A stretch of DNA of 64,000 bases from Candidatus Bathyarchaeota archaeon (GTDB lineage: Archaea > Thermoproteota > Bathyarchaeia > Bathyarchaeales > Bathycorpusculaceae), in contig CAVYES010000004.1 in NCBI GenBank assembly GCA_963767735.1, forward strand, positions 256,001 through 320,000, in the 5' to 3' direction. Positions 32,725 to 41,470 of this stretch are shown here, piece by piece (position 1 is the first letter of the stretch; each line of letters starts with the position of its first letter). Both the position numbers and the translations under genes were made by a program. The notes under the pieces were generated by a model. That model did no database searches. It saw nothing but the letters and a program-made list of their open reading frames with translations, and had not been told where the DNA came from.

Positions 32725-33909
32725 TTATTTTTTGACTACTTCGAACGTTTTCGGTTTCCTAATAAGGGCAATTATCGGTGTAGTACATTCCAGCAAGCCT
32801 ATAACAACTGAAGATATCAGAGCTAAGAAATGGAAACCTATCCTCTTTTTCAAATGAAGATATCTACCATTAAAAAAAGCCCCAATCTGATAAGAAAACA
32901 ACCACATAAGACTCGTTAAGGAAAAAAAGACTCTTAGACTAAAAGGCAAGTATTGCGGAACAAAAAATGCAGCAATAGAAATTATTCCCGAAATTAAGCC
33001 TGAAGTCCAAATTAATGCTCTGGCGCTTTGCCTAATTTTCTCTTTATAACAAAAATATTTAAAGTTCTGAATTAAACCGTAAAACCATCTTCTTCGCTGT
33101 CTAAACAGGTCTTTGAGAGTTAATGGACTTTTTTCCTCAACTACTCCGCCGTGCCACCCAAAAGCTTCCGATCCATACTTTATTTTTGCTTTAATGGCAA
33201 AGAGTGTGTCTTCAGCAAAAGTTTTTCCGTTTTCCCAGCTGACTTCTTCCTCAATGTCACTTCTCACCAGAAGATTTGACCCATGGATATAAGCTGGATT
33301 TCCAGTAGACATCATATTCAAGCATTCAAAGCAGCAGAATGGTCTAAGTGTATCCATAAGATTTGTTATTTTAATTGCTTCCTTTTCACGCACCGGATAG
33401 ACGATTAAGCTTTCGCTTATCGGTTTAGGATTACCCTCCAAATACGAAAGTATGCTGCAGAGAGTTTGTTTTGTGATTAAACTTTCATCATCAAGATGAT
33501 AAACATAAACGTCCTTGCTGCTTATTTTTTCTTTTCTGCGAAGTTCAACCGCATATTGGAGTGCTCTGCCTTTATGAACAGCGTTGCAAGAATAATCTTG
33601 GGGAACAATTATGGTTCTGCATCCTTCAAATTTTTCTTGAACGTCGGTAACAGCCCATAGAGTGTATTTTGAGTAGCCGATTGTTTTACAAACAGCGTTT
33701 ATCTGGTTAATGGTATCTTGAACAATTCCAATGTTGCCTTTGGTGGTTACTTGAAAAAGTATTTCTGGTGTTCCAAACTTTTCTTTTACTGGTTTTGCAA
33801 TCAGTTTTGAGTGATGGGTAAAAAGGTAAAAGTAAAATCTTATGAACAAAAAGGAAGACAGAACCCATATAATCCAGAGGTAATCCCAAAACACAAGCTT
33901 TAACTCCAT
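32725..33909 (-). CDS. Family-2 glycosyltransferase, egghead/BRE-3-like
   Basis: KGRALQYA, YHLDDES, HGSNLL, AED and QRRRW motifs; TM helices at both ends. Confidence 0.88.
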   Translation of the reverse strand: MELKLVFWDYLWIIWVLSSFLFIRFYFYLFTHHSKLIAKPVKEKFGTPEILFQVTTKGNIGIVQDTINQINAVCKTIGYSKYTLWAVTDVQEKFEGCRTIIVPQDYSCNAVHKGRALQYAVELRRKEKISSKDVYVYHLDDESLITKQTLCSILSYLEGNPKPISESLIVYPVREKEAIKITNLMDTLRPFCCFECLNMMSTGNPAYIHGSNLLVRSDIEEEVSWENGKTFAEDTLFAIKAKIKYGSEAFGWHGGVVEEKSPLTLKDLFRQRRRWFYGLIQNFKYFCYKEKIRQSARALIWTSGLISGIISIAAFFVPQYLPFSLRVFFSLTSLMWLFSYQIGAFFNGRYLHLKKRIGFHFLALISSVVIGLLECTTPIIALIRKPKTFEVVKK

Positions 33910-34072
33910 CTGCCAAAATAGTTTTAAATTAGTAAAAGCCTAATTGTTTAACCACTTATGGCGACTACTAATGTTAACGTGATTGTACCTATAAATATTG
34001 AGCAAACAAAACTAACCTGAAACCTGCTTCAACAAACATCAGTTTTTTATAATTTTAAAAAATTATCGGAAG

Positions 34073-34951
34073 GTGGTAAGCGTGCATTCTCTTGTAACTG
34101 ACAAGTTATATTCGAGTAATCTTCAAAACCCTATTACCATCGGCCTTGCCAACGAATTGTCAGTAAGACTCTACACAGACTCACGCCCACATTGCATGGA
34201 GACAGCTCCCCTTCAAAAAGGCTTAGTGCTAATGCTTGGTGATAAAGAGTTGATTGAAGAAGGAATTGGCTTCGGAGTTCCAGTTGTCAAGTACGAAGAC
34301 AAAACCTACTTTTCCACTTCAGCCGACGTTCAAGTTCAAAAAAACAATTCAGTCTACCGCATGAAGAAAACTTTTATTTTGGACACAGTCTCAAAAAAGC
34401 TTTGGCGAAACACGATTATCGATGATGAATTCTACTCAGTTTGGCGGAAAAAATTTGCAAAATTGTACTTAAGACGCAGGGAACTCACCCCGCTTCTAAA
34501 TAAGGTCATGGAGCTAAGAGAGGTTGCGAAAGTTAAAACTGAATTTCTGAAAGTAAAATCCAGAGGTGCAATAACCGTGAATTATGAAGTTCAACCCGCC
34601 ATCATTAATGTCAGTGTTGATTGCTCAGATTTAATGTTAAGCGCTTGTCAGGAAGTTTTGGTTTTAAACGAACAAGGCTCAACCACCTTTGGAGAATACG
34701 CTGACACAGGCGGCTTAAAACTGGTCGGTAGCAAAATAGGCGCATGGGCTGCCGTAACCGCAACTAATGCCTCATTATTAAACCCAAAAAAGCAACTGTT
34801 TTTTACTCTTCCTAAAACCAGCGGGGCTACACTATTTAGAGGATACGAAAAAACAAGAAACCGCTTCTCATGGGCGGGATTAAGTTATTCCTTGCAGCCT
34901 AGTCACGGAACTTTCAATTATCCAATTAGACTAGATTATACAGGCTATTAG
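34073..34951 (+). CDS. Hypothetical protein
   Basis: 292 aa ORF containing EEGIGFGVPVVKY. Confidence 0.7.
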   Translation: MVSVHSLVTDKLYSSNLQNPITIGLANELSVRLYTDSRPHCMETAPLQKGLVLMLGDKELIEEGIGFGVPVVKYEDKTYFSTSADVQVQKNNSVYRMKKTFILDTVSKKLWRNTIIDDEFYSVWRKKFAKLYLRRRELTPLLNKVMELREVAKVKTEFLKVKSRGAITVNYEVQPAIINVSVDCSDLMLSACQEVLVLNEQGSTTFGEYADTGGLKLVGSKIGAWAAVTATNASLLNPKKQLFFTLPKTSGATLFRGYEKTRNRFSWAGLSYSLQPSHGTFNYPIRLDYTGY

Positions 34952-35213
34952 CGGAAATCTTGGATTTCAGCGGAATTGCTTTCGCTTTTCCCATTCTTTT
35001 GGCAATCATGATTTCGCTTGCTTCAATGCAATCTATGGGGAGTTACTTGAATGTTATCGAATAATCCAGAATTTAAAAGTAAAAATCGAAGCGTCCAGGG
35101 AGGCTCTGAATTGCATTAAAAGTGACAACTGTCAACCCTCATAACGCCTCAGCCCATAATTTTATTAACACCTACGATATTGGAAAGTTTTTTATGCTCT
35201 TTAGGTCTATATA

Positions 35214-36890
35214 TTGAGGGGAGTAAATACGATAGCAAACTCTATCGACCTTACTCAATCAAAGCCCAATAAGCAGATTAATCTATTAACATCTTCTTCA
35301 AAAATCCCTTCTCCCCGAAAAAGAGGTAATGGTGATAACGGCAAGGATTTGCTTGAAGAGTTAGGAATAAGCAGTCAACAGTTCAAAATTTTATTTAATA
35401 ATCTTCCTCAAGGCGTGGGTCTGTATAAAATGGTTTGTGACGAAAAAGGCGCGCCGATTGACTTTATTCTTCTTGTGAGTAACAAAGTGTATGATGATAT
35501 TCATTCTTATAAGAGACAACGAATGGAAAAAAAAGCAACGCAGTTTAATTCCAACATAAAAAATGGCCAGATAGACTGGATAGGCGTTTATGGCAGGGTA
35601 GCCACCACGGGTGTTCCAGAGTATTTCGAAGCTTACGGTAAGTCCCAGGATAAATGGTATCAAGTTTACGTTTACAGTCCCAAGAAGACCTATTTTGTTT
35701 CAATATTTATGGATATAACTGAGGAAAAAAATAAAAATGCGAGAGAGCTTGAGAAACAAGAGAGGTGGGAGCAGCAACTTGTTATGTCGGAAAAAAAGTA
35801 CCGCAGGCTCTATGAGACATCTCAAGACGGAATTATGGCACGGGACCTGCAGGGACGAATGGTTGATTGCAACATGGCCTACGCGAGAATGCTTGGTTAC
35901 TCAAAAAAAGAACTAAGACAGATGACTGCCCATGAGTTAATGCCTGAGAGGTGGCATGAACAAAGAGAAAAAATCGTTAATAAAGTGCTACAAACTGGGC
36001 GCTCAATTGTTTTCGAAAGAGAGTACAAGCGTAATGATGGCTCGGTTTTTCCAGCTTCAGTTAGAACTTGGCGGGTGACTGACGGAAAAGGAAAAGTAAT
36101 AGGAATATGGTCCATTGTCCGAGACATAACTGAGCAGAAGGATTTTCAAAAAAATCTGTTAGATCACGCGGGAATTTTAGAAGGAATAATTGAGGACAGA
36201 ACAAAGCAGCTTAAAGATTCTGAGCGTTTAGCAACTATTGGTCAAACTGCAGGCATGGTCGGGCATGACCTTCGCAATCCACTGCAATCGATAACAGGCG
36301 AATTATATCTTGCCAGATGCGAAGTTGAATCGCTTCCTCAAAGCGGACTTAAAAGCAGTTTACAAGAGAGCATACAGATAATAGAAGAGCAATCAGAATA
36401 TATGGACAAGATCGTTTCCGATTTGCAGGCGTTCGTAAAACCAATCAGGATAGAAAAACAACCAATCAGCCTAATCGAGCTTGTTAACGCCGTCATATCA
36501 TCCGTTGCCATTCCAGAAAACATTAACGTTAACGTATGTATGAGGGCAGATTTTCCGCAGGTGAAAGCTGACCCCCAACTCCTGAGGAGGGTTCTAATTA
36601 ACCTGGTAACAAACGCGATGCAAGCCATGCCCGATGGAGGCAAACTGACTGTAAGCGCGGAAGTTAACAGCCAAGGTCGCGTAGTTTTAACGGTTGAAGA
36701 CACGGGCGTAGGCATATCTGAAAAAATTAAACCCCAAATCTTTACACCATTATTCACTACTAAACCAAGAGGACAAGGCTTCGGCTTAGCCGTCTGCAAA
36801 CGAGTAATAGAAGCCCATGGCGGCTCCATCAACTTTGAGAGCCAAGAGGGCAAAGGTACAAAATTCACAATTCAATTTCCAGCAAGTTAA
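35214..36890 (+). CDS. PAS-PAS sensor histidine kinase
   Basis: Two PAS/PAC segments (FMDITE, VRDITE); H-box GHDLRNPL; N, G1, F and G2 boxes. Confidence 0.93.
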   Translation: MRGVNTIANSIDLTQSKPNKQINLLTSSSKIPSPRKRGNGDNGKDLLEELGISSQQFKILFNNLPQGVGLYKMVCDEKGAPIDFILLVSNKVYDDIHSYKRQRMEKKATQFNSNIKNGQIDWIGVYGRVATTGVPEYFEAYGKSQDKWYQVYVYSPKKTYFVSIFMDITEEKNKNARELEKQERWEQQLVMSEKKYRRLYETSQDGIMARDLQGRMVDCNMAYARMLGYSKKELRQMTAHELMPERWHEQREKIVNKVLQTGRSIVFEREYKRNDGSVFPASVRTWRVTDGKGKVIGIWSIVRDITEQKDFQKNLLDHAGILEGIIEDRTKQLKDSERLATIGQTAGMVGHDLRNPLQSITGELYLARCEVESLPQSGLKSSLQESIQIIEEQSEYMDKIVSDLQAFVKPIRIEKQPISLIELVNAVISSVAIPENINVNVCMRADFPQVKADPQLLRRVLINLVTNAMQAMPDGGKLTVSAEVNSQGRVVLTVEDTGVGISEKIKPQIFTPLFTTKPRGQGFGLAVCKRVIEAHGGSINFESQEGKGTKFTIQFPAS

Positions 36891-37192
36891 GGTTCAACCA
36901 TTTCCTTCTGCTCTTCCGTGCCCTTCAATCTCTGCCGTAAACTGTATAGAAAAGCTATGAACCAGAATGCAACTGTTCCCCACCCGAAAACAAAACCGAT
37001 CACGTTGCCAAGCAAATAGTAAGCTACTTCAAAGCCAACGATAGATAGGAACGTTAAGAAAGATCCAATGATGCTGTATCCGCGCAGCGCGTTCCTGTTT
37101 TTCAGGACAGCTCTCAGCATTAAGAGTAAGGCGGTAAAATTGATTATGCTTGCGAAATCTAAAAATAAATTTGCTATGGCAATTGAGTCCAT
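36887..37192 (-). CDS. Small 3-TM membrane protein
   Basis: Three hydrophobic helices; size similar to PQ-loop/SemiSWEET proteins but no clear PQ motif. Confidence 0.65.
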   Translation of the reverse strand: MDSIAIANLFLDFASIINFTALLLMLRAVLKNRNALRGYSIIGSFLTFLSIVGFEVAYYLLGNVIGFVFGWGTVAFWFIAFLYSLRQRLKGTEEQKEMVEP

Positions 37193-37360
37193 TTCTCTGC
37201 TTTTTCCTCAAGCCAAAACTGCTTTCAGCAACTTAAGACTTACGCCCAGCCAAGCCCTAAGCCGTAAAATGCCTTAAATCCAATAATCACTATTCATTTG
37301 AAGATCGCGAAATGAGAGGGGTGAATTATAAAAAAATGATTTCACGCGATTGTGATGGAT

Positions 37361-37478
37361 GCGAACGGCAACAGCCATGCATTTTGCGTTACCGCCGAGT
37401 TTCTTTAGGCGAAAAGGTCTTCTGCCCAGATGGAACAGCTCATCTGGTAGACAACGCAAGTATGGCATAACCGCGCGC
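37361..37478. ncRNA. Candidate structured RNA (three-way junction)
   Basis: Nested stems GCCATGC/GTATGGC, TTGCGTT/AACGCAA, CGCC/GGCG and CCAGATG/CATCTGG; TTATAAAA at 37326. Confidence 0.45.
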
Positions 37479-37688
37479 AAAGTAAGAAGAGTAGCCTAAG
37501 TATTCTTCACCACTACCTTTTTGACTCCACTTTTTCATTATGCATGTTCCACAGTTTTCATATTTTTGACTTGTTGAAGTGGGCTGAAAATAGCAGAACG
37601 GGACGCTTGAATGTTAATTTTATTAAGTTAAGTGTAAAATGTTTTAAAACTAAATCGAGGCCCATTTTTCAGGCGTTATTCTGCAGTC

Positions 37689-38396
37689 TTAACCCATGGC
37701 CGCGCCACATTGTTTACAAAACGAGGCTTGGGCCTTGTTCTTTGTTCCGCAACAGTTGCAAGTCAACTCTGAAGAAGGCTCAGCGTTAACCGTTTCGTCC
37801 TCAAGTTTTTTACCGCAGCTCTGGCAGTAAACGGCGTCAGGTTCGTTGCTTGAGCCGCAGAACTTGCAGACAAGCGCTATGAGACTTTCGTCGCAAAGAG
37901 CATTCCATTTGCCGGCTATCCAAAGCTTATCCTTCAAGCCTTTGATCGCAGAAATAGTTTCCATCAGTTGTTGGAATTGCTCTTCATCGGGAGCAAATTT
38001 CGATTCACAGTCCTTACTCAATATCACAAACTTCGGCGTTTTTCCCCAAACCAATTTGACCTCTTCAATTTCCTCGTTAGTGTAGAAACAGCTTTTTTTG
38101 CTTAGCTTCAAAATGTCGTCTAAAGACCAGTCTTTTATTTTTTCGTCAATCGATTCGCTTTTCTTTGTCTCTTCCGTGTTCGATGCCATGGGCGGAGGCA
38201 CTCCAAACACCGAAGGCATTAAGGAAAGCGACTCTGACGTCTCAGATTCAAAACGGTCTGCCCGCCCCAAGCAAACAATCGCAACACGCCTGTCAGTAAA
38301 ATAAACATCGTACCTAGTGCTCACGTCAACCGGCAAAACGACGTCTTTAACAATTCCCCACAACCTCTCAGAACCTGACATGCATTTAATCCCCAT
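37689..38396 (-). CDS. Double zinc-ribbon domain protein
   Basis: CKFCG..YCQSCG and CNCCG..FCKQCG. Confidence 0.8.
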   Translation of the reverse strand: MGIKCMSGSERLWGIVKDVVLPVDVSTRYDVYFTDRRVAIVCLGRADRFESETSESLSLMPSVFGVPPPMASNTEETKKSESIDEKIKDWSLDDILKLSKKSCFYTNEEIEEVKLVWGKTPKFVILSKDCESKFAPDEEQFQQLMETISAIKGLKDKLWIAGKWNALCDESLIALVCKFCGSSNEPDAVYCQSCGKKLEDETVNAEPSSELTCNCCGTKNKAQASFCKQCGAAMG

Positions 38397-38601
38397 CAGA
38401 TGGTTCTGCTTTTGCTAATTCATAAGGTTTCTTATGGTTTAAACCCACGCTTCTGGTTTAAGATAAACTGGTAGATGGGGTGGAAGTTGAACCCTCAACT
38501 ATATAGATATCACCTCAAAGCCCTTTCTTCTATTTTGATTTCCAACCACACCTCAGGGTTGATTGATTTTGGTTTTGCCTAAAACCTTAATTAAATTTCT
38601 T

Positions 38602-38621
38602 ATTGGTCAATTTTGACCAAT
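38602..38621. promoter_or_regulatory. Perfect palindromic operator-like site
   Basis: ATTGGTCAA-TT-TTGACCAAT. Confidence 0.45.
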
Positions 38622-39298
38622 TTTGGGGGGACCACTTTTTTTTGGAAAAGACTTAGTTTTGGTTGTTTTTGGTCAGTGGCCTTTTTTTCGCGGCTTATTT
38701 GGTCTGTCGATCCTTGAATTTTTGCAGATTTATTATGCAGTTTTTTCATGTTTGATTTGAAGCTAAATCTTCAAAAGGCTCTAAATTTCAAGTAAGAAGA
38801 AGCTCAATTTAATGTTAGAAACGTTCAGGCGCAGTGGAGAAGGGTTAGTGTCATTTGAAGTTGTGAAGAAATCTGACGTGATTTATACGCTTTTTTGCGC
38901 TAATTATACGTGACTTTGCGCATATTTGACGCTTCTGCGCGGTTAGCCAAAAGCCCGAGTGATTTTGACCTTAAGGGAAAAAACATTCTTAGGGCAGTTG
39001 CTTTCCACATTTTTTCAGAACGTCTCAGCTCTTATTCTTGGTTCCGCAATTAGCGAAGATTTCCGTAAGTTGAGTCTCTTCAAGCCTAAATTCAAAGCTG
39101 TTTGAAATTCTGAGTTTGACTTCTTGGATTGCCCAGCAAGCGCGTTTATACAAGCGTGTACACAAGAACTTGCGCAATGGGCAATTGCATAATCGCTGCA
39201 ACAGGCCAAATAGACCATGCAAGAATACTATCAGACGACCCACATTTCGACTGCATAAAAGAAACAAAACGAGTCTGGATTTAACAATTAACAAAAAA

Positions 39299-39323
39299 TG
39301 GTGGACGAGCCGGGATTTAAACC
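39299..39323 (-). other. Isolated tRNA 3'-end fragment (att-like scar)
   Basis: Reverse complement GGTTTAAATCCCGGCTCGTCCACCA = T-loop, T-stem, acceptor 3' strand and CCA; no 5' half nearby. Confidence 0.55.
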
Positions 39324-39405
39324 ACGCTTTGAAATTTCGATTGACTTTTCAACTCTCGCGATGCATAATGCTTAAATTGTTTTTGTTCGTGCTATGTGTG
39401 GCTGA

Positions 39406-39510
39406 GGGCTGGTAGATCAGTCTGGCATGATCGCCACGTTGGCATCGTGGAGGTCGCGGGAAGCATGGCAATTTCGGCTGTGCTCGCGAATTCAAATCCC
39501 GCCCAGTCCA
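39406..39510 (+). tRNA. tRNA-Ala(GGC) with a 30-nt intron at position 53/54 (39461-39490)
   Basis: Acceptor GGGCTGG/CCAGTCC with G3:U70; anticodon arm CCACG-TTGGCAT-CGTGG; T arm GCGGG-TTCAAAT-CCCGC after splicing; BHB with CGCG/CGCG central helix. Confidence 0.93.
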
Positions 39511-40271
39511 TTCTGGAGCGGAAGGGGAGATCCCTTCCCAGCCCATCCTCCTAACTTTGCGCTGTGCTTTATTGAAGAGAAACCATGTTTTTTGCATGCA
39601 TTATGGAACTCTGCTTTTCTCAAATAGACGTGAAAAACGTCATAACTGTATTTTTTCGAATGTATATCCATAAGAGAAGAAATCCTCATGATGTTTTCCG
39701 CTAACATTGGCGAAGAAGTCGAAATGTACAATTTTTTGGTTCCACCTTCGGCATCTATGATTCCGCAGAGAAACCCAAACAAGAAATCGTCAGAATAAGA
39801 ACTGAAGTCAGCTAGGTGAACGGATTTGGATTTTCTGGTGCCTTGCCACCTGAGATATTTCTCAACAAAATAATAGAATTTCTTGTTTTTGCATCTAACG
39901 TAAACCCGTTTGCCCTCGATGGATCTCCATGTTTTTAATCCGCATTTAGAAAGGAAGAATTCGACACGTTCCACTATCATGTATTCGTTTTCGTTTAGTG
40001 CAAACTTGATGCTGTAAGAATAGTCTTGTTTCCTTAGATGGCGGCTGCCGTCACCGGCGTAACAGCCGATAAGCCAACCGAGCTCCAAATCAACCAATTT
40101 TTCTATATTCATTGTTTTTTCCCTTGGGTTCTTTGCTCTTACTTTGGCGACATGATATTGAACGGCAGACTTGGAGCGTCCCGTCTGGGCACTTATCTCA
40201 TTTAGACTTGCCCCTTTCTCTACAAGCGTTTTAATGTGGTCAAGTTCGGTGGGGGAGAAACGTTTCATCAA
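39492..40271 (-). CDS. Free-standing HTH + double-motif LAGLIDADG endonuclease-like protein
   Basis: N-terminal HTH SLNEISAQTGRSKSAVQYH; motifs WLIGCYAGDGS and FLCGIIDAEG. Confidence 0.85.
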   Translation of the reverse strand: MMKRFSPTELDHIKTLVEKGASLNEISAQTGRSKSAVQYHVAKVRAKNPREKTMNIEKLVDLELGWLIGCYAGDGSRHLRKQDYSYSIKFALNENEYMIVERVEFFLSKCGLKTWRSIEGKRVYVRCKNKKFYYFVEKYLRWQGTRKSKSVHLADFSSYSDDFLFGFLCGIIDAEGGTKKLYISTSSPMLAENIMRISSLMDIHSKKYSYDVFHVYLRKAEFHNACKKHGFSSIKHSAKLGGWAGKGSPLPLQNGLGGI

Positions 40272-40411
40272 AGGTCAATGTTAGTATATTTGGGGTTCAT
40301 TTAAAAAAACTATGACAAATAACGCATAACGCTAACTAAGCCTTGAAAAATGTCGGCGTAGCTTTTTATAATGCATTCGCAAATAGAGAAGCCAAGCAAG
40401 GTGCAAATAGC

Positions 40412-41464
40412 ATGCCTAAAGTAAAAGTTGCATTGATCGGTGTTGGAAACTGCGCTTCAGCCTTTGTCCAAGGCTTGCAATATTATGGGAAACTTGTGAA
40501 AGCGGAAGATTACGTTGGATTGCGTAATCCAGTTTTGGCGAATTTAAGCCCGAAAGACATATCGGTAGTTGCGGCTTTTGACGTGGATGAGCGCAAGGTT
40601 GGCAAAGACCTCTCAGAAGCGATTTTTGCTCTTCCCAATAATGCGCCAAAAGTCTCCGATGTACATTCAACAGGTGTAAAGGTAAGCAAGGGTCCACTGT
40701 TGGATGGTTTGGGCGAATCAAGTAAAGTTATTGTGCAAGTCAGCAAGTCGCCTGATGCGAATGTTGCCAAGGCTCTCAAAGATGTAGGCGTTGAGGTAAT
40801 GGTTAATTTGTTGCCCAGCGGAGCCTCAAAAGCTTCGCAGTGGTATGCTGAACAAGCCTTAGCGGCAGGCTGCGCTTTTGTCAATGCCACGCCGACCTTT
40901 ATTGCCAGCGATCCTGTGTGGGCTAAACGGTTTGCTGATGCAAAGCTCCCCCTCGTCGGCGATGACTTGGTTGATCAGGTTGGGTCAACTTCTTTACATA
41001 AAACGTTGCTTAAGCTGCTTTCAGACAGTGGAGTAAGAATAGATGAGACTTACCAGCTTGACGTTGGCGGAGGCACCGAATCTGTCGACACAATGGATCG
41101 CACTCGTGATGCAAAGCGTGCCATAAAAACGGAGTCAGTAGCTGCTTCAATACCTTACAAGGCTGAGATAGTGGCTGGCTCCACGGATTACGTGGATTTT
41201 CTGCAGAACAAGCGTGACAGTTACTTCTGGATAAGCGGCGTCTACTTCTGCAATGCACCCATGAAGATAGACCTTAAATTCCAAACCGTAGACGCGCCAA
41301 ACGCAGGCTCCGTACTCTTCGATGTAGTACGTGCCTTGAAACTTGCATTAAACAAAAAGCTTACTGGAGCGGTGGAGCCGGTTTGCGCCTACGCCTTTAA
41401 ACGACCGCCACAGATGGTGCCGCTTGAGGTTGCAGAAAAAGAATTCGCAAAGTTCATGGCTTAA
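40412..41464 (+). CDS. ino1: myo-Inositol-1-phosphate synthase
   Basis: VALIGVGNCASAFVQG, AAFDVD, VGDD and DAPNAG motifs. Confidence 0.9.
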   Translation: MPKVKVALIGVGNCASAFVQGLQYYGKLVKAEDYVGLRNPVLANLSPKDISVVAAFDVDERKVGKDLSEAIFALPNNAPKVSDVHSTGVKVSKGPLLDGLGESSKVIVQVSKSPDANVAKALKDVGVEVMVNLLPSGASKASQWYAEQALAAGCAFVNATPTFIASDPVWAKRFADAKLPLVGDDLVDQVGSTSLHKTLLKLLSDSGVRIDETYQLDVGGGTESVDTMDRTRDAKRAIKTESVAASIPYKAEIVAGSTDYVDFLQNKRDSYFWISGVYFCNAPMKIDLKFQTVDAPNAGSVLFDVVRALKLALNKKLTGAVEPVCAYAFKRPPQMVPLEVAEKEFAKFMA

Positions 41465-41470
41465 CGTAAG

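Noticed and set aside
38400-39300. Chromosomal replication origin
   Set aside because: No orc1/cdc6 gene nearby and no convincing repeated ORB elements
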